Source of the DNA: Lachnospiraceae bacterium
Lineage (GTDB): Bacteria; Bacillota; Clostridia; Lachnospirales; Lachnospiraceae
Length of the DNA stretch: 64,000 nucleotides
Assembly (NCBI GenBank): GCA_045631045.1
Contig: JAZQUB010000011.1
Span: 1,214-65,213, forward strand
Direction of reading: 5' to 3'
A model generated the notes under the pieces. The model searched no databases. It was given only the letters and a program-made list of their open reading frames with translations, and had not been told where the DNA came from. The position numbers and the translations under genes were made by a program. Shown in pieces: positions 9,744 through 18,200 of the stretch; the stretch's first letter is position 1; each line of letters begins with the position of its first letter.

Positions 9744-11098
9744 TCCACAATTTCTTTAAACTGCATACCATTGGATGCCTTTACCAGAACAGTTGTGCCT
9801 GCAAAATCCTCCGGTTTATGAGCCTTAAAGAAAGCGGTTTTGTCGGGATAATATTCCGGCATCGCACGAAGCTTCCTTGCGCCTTCATACATTTCTTTGG
9901 CCATAGTACCAATATAAATCATTTTGTCCAAAGGTGCAAGGGCTGCATACTGCCCCACTTCACGATGTAAGAAAATTTCATCGGCACCAAGTTCAAACAT
10001 ATCGCCTAAAATTACTACCTTTGCGCCCTGTGCCATCATCAGTAAATCCATGGCACTCTTCATAGACACCGGGTTTGCATTGTAACAGTCATCAATAATA
10101 GTTTTATCCGACAGTCTTATAATATTGCTACGGCCACCGGTTGCCTGTACGGAAGCAATTCCGGCCAGCACCTCCTCGTTGGTCATGCCGAGGATACGTC
10201 CTACACAAGCGGCTGCCAGTGCATTTACTACCATATGCTGCCCCGGAAGCGGAACGGATGCATCCACATCATCCCCCATAAGCTGCATCTGAAAATCACT
10301 TCCAAAAAGTCCCTTACTTTGAATCTCTACCGCAAACGCATCCTTTGCTACCGCCCCTTGCGGACCAATGCCAAAGAAATACGGTTTGCGTCCATGTACC
10401 TCTTTTATGGTTGCCAATTTATCATCATCACCATTTAAAACCACAAAACCATCATTATTCATAAAATCAAAAATCTCTGATTTTGCTCGAAGCACACCGT
10501 CTCTGTCAATTAAATTTTCTAAATGGCACTGCCCAATATTGGTAATGACACAAATGTCAGGTTTGGCAACCTCACTCAGTCTGTACATTTCACCAAAATG
10601 ATTAATACCCATTTCCACAACCGCCGCCTCATGCTCCTGACGAATGCTCAAAATCGTCAGCGGTAAACCTACTTCATTATTAAAATTGCCTTGGGTCTTT
10701 AATACGTTAAATTTTGTGCTAAGTCCGGCTGCAATCATTTCCTTGGTGCTGGTCTTACCTACACTACCTGTCACGCCAATTACCGGGATAGTCAACTGCT
10801 CTCTGTAAAATGCAGCCACCTTCTTTAACGCTGCAAAAGTGTCTTCCACCTGGATAAACGGCACCTCTGCCTCCGGTGCATCCTCACATATCACCAGCGC
10901 TGCGCCTTTTTCCACTACCTGTGGGATAAAGCTATGACCGTCCACACGCTCTCCCCTGGTTGCAAAAAATAAAAATCCGGGCTCCACTTTGCGGGAATCC
11001 AGTACCGCACCTGTTATTTCAAATGTTTCCCTGCCCTCACCCCGGCAAAGCGGACGGTTTAGACAGGCTGCAATATTTGCCAACGTCATATTTTGCAT
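9728..11098 (-). CDS. murF: UDP-N-acetylmuramoyl-tripeptide--D-alanyl-D-alanine ligase
   Basis: 456 aa. GVTGSVGKTSTKEM P-loop and Mur ligase middle/C-terminal motifs. Follows ddl. Confidence 0.9.
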   Translation of the reverse strand: MQNMTLANIAACLNRPLCRGEGRETFEITGAVLDSRKVEPGFLFFATRGERVDGHSFIPQVVEKGAALVICEDAPEAEVPFIQVEDTFAALKKVAAFYREQLTIPVIGVTGSVGKTSTKEMIAAGLSTKFNVLKTQGNFNNEVGLPLTILSIRQEHEAAVVEMGINHFGEMYRLSEVAKPDICVITNIGQCHLENLIDRDGVLRAKSEIFDFMNNDGFVVLNGDDDKLATIKEVHGRKPYFFGIGPQGAVAKDAFAVEIQSKGLFGSDFQMQLMGDDVDASVPLPGQHMVVNALAAACVGRILGMTNEEVLAGIASVQATGGRSNIIRLSDKTIIDDCYNANPVSMKSAMDLLMMAQGAKVVILGDMFELGADEIFLHREVGQYAALAPLDKMIYIGTMAKEMYEGARKLRAMPEYYPDKTAFFKAHKPEDFAGTTVLVKASNGMQFKEIVEWLKE

Positions 11099-11130
11099 AT
11101 ATGTACTCCCTCTATCCTTGAAACAAATGC

Positions 11131-12165
11131 TTATTCCATATCTCTTAAAGAAATCTCAATCAACCACTCACACAAATCTCCATAAGAAATACCAATAGCC
11201 TGGGCTTCTTGCGGAAGCAGAGAAGTTGGTGTCATTCCCGGAAGCGTATTTGCCTCCAAACAGTACATGCTGCCATCCTTTGCAAGCATAAAATCCATAC
11301 GGGCATAGTTTCTAAGACGAAGTGCCTTAAATACATCCTCTGCATAGCCTTGCATGCGCTTGGTAAGCGTCTCACTTAATTCTGCAGGACAGGTCTCTAC
11401 CGTAGAGCCTGCCTGATATTTATTTTTGTAATCGTAAAAACCACTGATAGGCGCAATTTCAATAACAGGCAAAGCCTTACCATCAATTACACCAATGCTA
11501 AACTCTCGCCCCTTGATATACTGCTCGATAATGATTTCTTCGTCATAGCCAAAGGCCTCTGCTTTGGCAGCTTCATAGTCCTCTTCCTTTTCTACGATAA
11601 AGGTACCCACACTGGAGCCGCCATTGCAGCATTTTACTACCAATGGAAATGGTACCGTCTTTGGGTCGCACTCTTGCTTCTTTAAATGAATGCCTTCCGG
11701 AGTAGGAATCCCATTCTGGCGAAACAGCTCTTTTGCAATAGACTTATCCATGGCAATGGCACTGCTTACATGAGTGGTACCGGTATAGCGAATCCCCATC
11801 AAATCAAAGTACGCCTGAATCTTGCCGTTTTCCCCTTCAGCCCCATGAAGCGCCATGAATACCACATCTGCCTGCTGGCAAAGTTCAATCACATTTGGGC
11901 CAAAGAAGTTTTTCTTATAATCCGGACGCATAGCAAGAATCTCAGAAATGTCGCTGATTTCCGTAGACACACCACGCATATCTGCCGCCCAATCCTTATC
12001 CAGTGCAAACACGTCCCCGGACATATCTCCTGTGTATCCTAAAAAAACGTCCACCAAAATCGTCTGATGACCTTTTTCCTTCAGTGCCTTATATATTCCT
12101 GTCCCTGAAGACAAGGACACGTCTCTTTCTGTGCTGATGCCTCCTGCCAGTACCACAATTTTCAT
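11131..12165 (-). CDS. ddl: D-alanine--D-alanine ligase
   Basis: 344 aa. MKIVVLAGGISTERDVSLSSG, ATP-grasp core, LEANTLPGMT. Confidence 0.9.
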   Translation of the reverse strand: MKIVVLAGGISTERDVSLSSGTGIYKALKEKGHQTILVDVFLGYTGDMSGDVFALDKDWAADMRGVSTEISDISEILAMRPDYKKNFFGPNVIELCQQADVVFMALHGAEGENGKIQAYFDLMGIRYTGTTHVSSAIAMDKSIAKELFRQNGIPTPEGIHLKKQECDPKTVPFPLVVKCCNGGSSVGTFIVEKEEDYEAAKAEAFGYDEEIIIEQYIKGREFSIGVIDGKALPVIEIAPISGFYDYKNKYQAGSTVETCPAELSETLTKRMQGYAEDVFKALRLRNYARMDFMLAKDGSMYCLEANTLPGMTPTSLLPQEAQAIGISYGDLCEWLIEISLRDME

Positions 12166-12183
12166 AATTTACCTCCAAGGCAA

Positions 12184-13365
12184 TTATTCTGCCTGTTTTT
12201 TCTCTTGATGGGAATAAACCACCTCCCCATCTATTATAGTATATAGCGTTTCCGTCATAATTTCCATAGGATTTGCATGAAAAATACTAATATCCGCATC
12301 TTTTCCGACTTCTAAGCTTCCCACACGGTCACTTACCCCTGCAATCTGTGCCGCTTCCGCAGTAATTGCACGGAGAGCTGTTATAAACGGAAGCCCTGCC
12401 TTCACTGCCATTCCGGCACACAATGGCAAAGCCTGAATCAAAGACACAGGATGGTCGGTAGTAATAGCCACCTGCACACCTGCGCGATGCAAAATACCTG
12501 CGGTCTTAAATGCCGCATTTTGCACCTCAATTTTACTTCTGCTGGCAAAATCCGGTCCTACAATGGCAGGATATCCGGCTCCCACCAATTCCTCCGCTAC
12601 CAAATGCCCCTCACTGCAATGGTCCAAGGTCATAGAAAGACCATACTCCTTGGCAATACGAATGGCCGTAAAAATATCATCCACGCGATGAACGTGAGCC
12701 TTCAACGGAATTTCTCCCTCAAAAACCGGAACCCAACACTCCTTGGTAAAATCCGTTTCAAATTCCTCTCCCTGTTCCAATGCCCTTTTTCTTCTTAAAC
12801 AGTACGCCTTTGCATCATGCAATTCCTGACGAAGCATTCCTGCAATAGCCATACGGGTAGCAGGAGACTGATTTTGTCCGCTATAATTTACTTTTGGATT
12901 TTCACCAAATGCAATCTTCATGGCAGAAGGCTCCTTTATTACCATTTGGTCGATACATCGTCCAAAGGTCTTCATAACTAAAAACTGACCTCCCACCACA
13001 TTGGCACTGCCAGGTCCTACCTGTACACAGGTCACACCCGCACATACTGCATCCTTAAAAGCAGCATCCATAGGATTAATGGCATCCATAGCCCTTAACC
13101 AGGGAGTCACCGGATTAACGGTTTCATTACAGTCGTTACCTTCCATCCCCTTTTTTTCTTCCTGAATACCGATATGGCAATGTGCTTCCACAAATCCCGG
13201 CAAAATCCAGCCACCCAAAGCGTCTATTACTTCTTCATTTGCTTCCGGCTCTATGGGAGTATCCCCTATATCAACAAGAATGCCATCCCGAATCCGGATG
13301 GCACCTTTTTCTATAATCGTATTTTGCGAATCCATGGTATAAATGGTTCCATTTACAATATACAT
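12184..13365 (-). CDS. Metal-dependent amidohydrolase family protein
   Basis: PGFVEAHCHIG (HxH) and ITTDHP motifs. Start at MYIVNGTIY (13365) with a GGGAGA RBS, 2 nt after the upstream stop. Confidence 0.8.
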   Translation of the reverse strand: MYIVNGTIYTMDSQNTIIEKGAIRIRDGILVDIGDTPIEPEANEEVIDALGGWILPGFVEAHCHIGIQEEKKGMEGNDCNETVNPVTPWLRAMDAINPMDAAFKDAVCAGVTCVQVGPGSANVVGGQFLVMKTFGRCIDQMVIKEPSAMKIAFGENPKVNYSGQNQSPATRMAIAGMLRQELHDAKAYCLRRKRALEQGEEFETDFTKECWVPVFEGEIPLKAHVHRVDDIFTAIRIAKEYGLSMTLDHCSEGHLVAEELVGAGYPAIVGPDFASRSKIEVQNAAFKTAGILHRAGVQVAITTDHPVSLIQALPLCAGMAVKAGLPFITALRAITAEAAQIAGVSDRVGSLEVGKDADISIFHANPMEIMTETLYTIIDGEVVYSHQEKKQAE

Positions 13366-13367
13366 GC

Positions 13368-14228
13368 TTATTCTCCCATATAGTTTTCCGGGCAAACCGG
13401 CTGACCATTTTGTGTCATTGCAAAATAAAGATTACTTCCTTCTTCTGCAAAATATTTGGTAGGAGCTGCCACATAACCAAGCACATCACCTGCTACAACG
13501 TAGGTATCTTCCGCTTTTTGTAAATAATCCAATTGTCCGTAATAAGCTTTGAAACCGCCGCCCAAATCCATTTCATAGGTCCATCCGGTCTCGTAATCCC
13601 AGTATCTTCTGGTAATTTTACCTGCGGAAACTGCACAAACCGGTGTGCCTTCTTCTGCTGCAATAATCATTGCCGGACTATACTTGTACTGGTCTAAGGT
13701 TTCAAAATAAACAGCCTTGTCCATACTATATGGTATTAAAATATCATTTCCTTCCGGAACCGGCCAAACCATGTTCATGCCATCAAAGCTAAGCATCATG
13801 TTTTCCACAATACCGGACATAGCTGCCTCTGTCAATTCCTCTGAGGTTAGTGTGGCATCCGCCTTTTCATGAACCAACGTATTGCTGGATTTCGTTGCAG
13901 AGATTTTGGTTTCACTTTCCTGTTCGGAAACAATGCCTGTACGTCCCGGATTTTCCACTGTGGTAGAGTCCACGCTCTGCATATCAATATTCTCTACGCC
14001 CGGAGCCTGCAAAACATCACCGGACATATCCCCGCTAATACCTGTATTATTTTCCTGAATAGGCGTTTTCTCAGAAGCATTATTGTTAATGTACATTCCT
14101 GTTATAGTCAACGCAGTAAGCACAAACACTGCAGAAGCAGTTACAATTAATTTTTCTTTGCTTTTTGCCTTTGCCTGACTTCTTTTTTCAAATTCTGTAA
14201 CTTTATTATTGGTATTTTTATTATCCAT
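13368..14228 (-). CDS. Membrane-anchored LytM/M23-like protein with degenerate active site
   Basis: N-terminal TM (LIVTASAVFVLTALTITGMYI). C-terminal M23-fold pattern, but the HxxxD and HxH ligand positions read SPAMII and NLYFAM. Confidence 0.65.
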   Translation of the reverse strand: MDNKNTNNKVTEFEKRSQAKAKSKEKLIVTASAVFVLTALTITGMYINNNASEKTPIQENNTGISGDMSGDVLQAPGVENIDMQSVDSTTVENPGRTGIVSEQESETKISATKSSNTLVHEKADATLTSEELTEAAMSGIVENMMLSFDGMNMVWPVPEGNDILIPYSMDKAVYFETLDQYKYSPAMIIAAEEGTPVCAVSAGKITRRYWDYETGWTYEMDLGGGFKAYYGQLDYLQKAEDTYVVAGDVLGYVAAPTKYFAEEGSNLYFAMTQNGQPVCPENYMGE

Positions 14229-14316
14229 AGATTTCCCTCCTGTACCTTACGGGTACTTTTAGCACCTTATCTACGGATAGTATTAACCTGTTAACCAATT
14301 TTATACATTTAATTTT

Positions 14317-15165
14317 TTATTGTGTTGCAACTAAAATACCATGCACTACCAGACGCTGGTCGGTGTAGTTTGCACCATAACATGTTGAAAGTGTAACAAT
14401 CGGTGCAGAATCCGGAATACCTTCCACACCTTTATACACTGCATTGCTCAAAATTCTGCTCTTGTATTCCTGATATGTCTCTTCTGTATTCGGAATTACA
14501 TAAGTATCAGAAGTCGCTGTCGTAACATAATAGCTGCAAATCAAATACTTGTAAGTCTTTCCTTCTGTATATATGTAGAAATATGGATTGTTTGCATATG
14601 TTTTGGTATCGTTATAAAAATATTTCAAACGGGCAAACATACTGCCATCCTTCATATTATGACCATGTACAATGGTATTATAGTCTTCAAATGGATTTGC
14701 AGTAACCTGATCTAAGAAAATAGAACCACCTTTGTTTTCCTCATGCTTAAACGTATGGGTCAAATAATAGTCATTGTCACTTCCAAGAACCATTGGATAA
14801 TTGATAGATGCACCCGGTATGTACAACCATCCCACGAAATCAGAATTCACCGCCTCTAACGCCGTGAAATCCACTGACATGTTTACAAAACCATCATGGT
14901 AGCGCATTACGATTTCTTCCTCTTTGGACTCTGTGGTCGCGCTTGTACTGTTATTGCTTTCCTTTGCAGGCTCTGTCTGCTCTGTTGCCATCAGTATCTC
15001 CGGCTCATCTTCAATCTGCACGAAATTTTCTAATTCCTTATACTCATCCCTGCTGGCCTTGTACTCCATAGTGATGTTCACCACTTTATAAAGGCTGAAC
15101 AAAAAAACCACTATAACGATAACAAATAATACAATCTGTACCGCACGAAAAACTTTATCACTCAT
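14317..15165 (-). CDS. srtB: Class B sortase
   Basis: 282 aa. N-terminal TM; IVHGHNM (His), TLSTCY (Cys), RLVVHG (Arg); DNDYYLTHTF is typical of SrtB. Confidence 0.85.
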   Translation of the reverse strand: MSDKVFRAVQIVLFVIVIVVFLFSLYKVVNITMEYKASRDEYKELENFVQIEDEPEILMATEQTEPAKESNNSTSATTESKEEEIVMRYHDGFVNMSVDFTALEAVNSDFVGWLYIPGASINYPMVLGSDNDYYLTHTFKHEENKGGSIFLDQVTANPFEDYNTIVHGHNMKDGSMFARLKYFYNDTKTYANNPYFYIYTEGKTYKYLICSYYVTTATSDTYVIPNTEETYQEYKSRILSNAVYKGVEGIPDSAPIVTLSTCYGANYTDQRLVVHGILVATQ

Positions 15166-15252
15166 AATTCCCTCCTACTATTTCTTTATAATAGATTTTG
15201 ATTTTATAAATTAACACATATTATAACAAAATTCCACGGTAATATCCAGTAG

Positions 15253-18200
15253 TTATTTTAAGGTTTCCAAGACCTTTTCCGGAACCATAAAGCTTTCATA
15301 GGTTTCTGTCCCGGTTAAATCAAGCTCTGCTGAAAAAGCAACTGCCACATTTGTCACCAAAATGTCTACATTTCCGTCGCAGGCAAATCGGATACTTTGT
15401 ATCTTATTATCCTGTATGCGTACCTGCATGCTGCCATTCTCAAACTTAATTGCCATTTTTGTGCTTTCCTTTGCAATCGCAGCCGCAATCTCTGACATGG
15501 CATCTTCCTCCAACGCCAGACTATAAATGTACATATCATCCACTTCCGTACAGCTAAAGGTACCATGCAAAAATAATTCGTAAGCCAGTCCCAAAAGCAT
15601 GGCTGGCTCTATGCTCTCTGCGCTCTTGGTGGTCACAGAGTACCCCTTTTCATTGCAAATTTTATCTTCCGTAAAATACACAGAAACATCATTTTTCCGA
15701 ATGCAGTTCACCTGCAAATCATCCTGTTTCTTTGTTATAAACGTTATATCCTCTCCAACGGACAACGGACCGCAGTCTGCGTTCAAATAAATCTGCATGC
15801 CCAAAGGATTTCTGTCATCTAAGTCTTTCCATCCGGCATACAAACGGAACACATCTTCCGTCATAATTTCTTCCACCTTTGGCTGTTCGGACATAATAGC
15901 CTTGCGAACCTCTTGTGGAATTTCTATGGTCACCGCATCTGTATCTACCACCTTAAATTCCGCGGTAACAGTAAAGTCTTTTTTGTTTTCTGCTTTACCC
16001 TGAACTGTAAATAAAATGGAATCCAGTGCCTCTTCCTTTTCCACCACATCTACCTGCAGATGTTTCATTTCCAAAGCATCTTCTCCCATATTCGGAAGTA
16101 AGCATGTCAGAAGCTTTTCTTTGCTTTTCTCTTTTACGGTTATGCGATAAGTTAGGGACTCCTCTTCCTTTAAGCTCTCAATATCTACATCCTGATAAAG
16201 AAATACCAGGTAATTCATCAGTTCCGTGTAATCTGCTGACACTTCACTGGCACCATATGCCTTCCCATTTTCCAAGATAATCATTCCGTCCGCGTAGAAA
16301 AAAGACACGTCGGACTGACGGATACCGGTCACTTGATGTCCCTCCAAATCAGTAGTAAACACCATAGCCTCCACTTCCGACTGAGTATCGCCAAGCTTCG
16401 TTTGTACCGAAAGCTCCATGAACATTTCCGGCTGCTCCACATACTCTTTCAAAAGCTGATATGCACCTATTCCTCCCGTAAGCTTGCCCCTTAGAAGAAT
16501 TACAGCCAGTATAACTGCTAACACCACAATACATATTGCCAGCACCCATGCCAGCCATTTTACTATATTTTTCTTTTTACGTATCAACCAAACGACACCG
16601 CCTATCATTCCCACTATTACGATTACTGCTGCCAACCAGAGCGTCCAAAGCCGGGTAGTCTCCACCACTGCAATCTCCGCATTGGTTCCCGCAATATTTA
16701 CCACAAAATAACTTCCTGCCTTTTGTTCATCTGCCCGTTTCCACTTACCATCCTGCTTTACATATAAAGAAAGACCTTCCTTCTCCGCCTCCTTTGGCAA
16801 ATACCGCAACGTATGCAGTAAAAGTCCGTCCTCCGGCACTTCCACACTCCACTGCTCTAGAAGTTGCGTTTTGTTTAGCTTATCCCAAAAGCCTTGCTGC
16901 TCTTCCCATGCAAAATCCGGTTCTTTTTGTGTGATTTCCAAAATATCCTCTGCTGCAAATCTTCCCTCTGCCAAAAATACTGCTCTTCCGTCTGCACGAA
17001 CTTCTTTACTTTTCAAGGTAAAGATATCCATATCCGCTACGGTTGCATTTTCATTCATCAGCAAAGGAATGGTAACCTTTTCAAAATCCTTTGGAAGATT
17101 CTCCACCTCAAGTAACTCTTCATAGGAAATGGGCTCTGCCTGTCCCGCATAACTGATACGATTAATACCGGTCAAATCCTCTCCCACAAAATAGCATTCC
17201 AAATAGTCCCCCGCATGTATACCTGCAATAGCTCCTGTAAACTGCTGTGCTCCTGCCACATCCACCATGGAGTAACACCATCTTACGGTACTGCTTTCTC
17301 CGGTTGCATCCTCCGTGATTCCACTGCCCACAATGCCCCCAATATAATGCTTCCCGGCAAGACTGCATTTTGCAAAACACTTCTGCACGGTACTTCCCGT
17401 AAGCCCCGCAATACCACCTACATAATCGCCGCTCTCACTATAAATGGCACCATAGCCTTGGCAATCTGAAAGAAAACCCAAGTCCATGCGGCCGCAAATA
17501 CCACCTGCATAATGTTTTTTTGCAGTAACTACTGCGCTATTTTCACATTCATATATAATAGAAGTAAATTCATATTTACGGCGTTCTTTCATGGAAATTT
17601 CTGCCGTCAAATCGTCTTCCGGGTCAAGCTCGTATTCCAAGGAAATGGTTCCCGCAATACCACCTACGTTGATATCACCATAAATGGCCCCTTTGTTCCT
17701 ACTCTTCATGACCTTACCCAAGGTTGCAGCTTCCAGATTTACCTCAGAAATATCGTCTGCAAAATCACTTAAAGCCAAATGTTCCGCCTCTTCCATGACG
17801 TCTTCCAGCGTATCAGAAAGGCTGGATGCCTGCCGGCTGAGCTTTTCAACATCTTTTCCGAGAACCCCTGCCGTACCTGCTGTTTCCTGCGCCAAAAGTT
17901 CAATTTGCTTTATTAACACCGCGCTTTTAACTTGAAGATCTGAACGACTGTCACTGCCTTCCGTTTCCCCGTCAGCTTTGTCCAGCGCCTTTTCCATTTC
18001 CGCTGTATATGCCTTGATTTTATTGATACGCTTTTGTAACGTTGCATTTCCGGCATCTATACTTTTCTCCAGCGTTTCCACAGCTTCACTCAATTCTTTT
18101 GTTTCCTGACTAAGTCTGGCAATACCGCTGGCAGAAAGCTCTACCTCGATATACGGCTCCATCTGCCCTACAATACCGCCTACATCCTTTCGCCCATACA

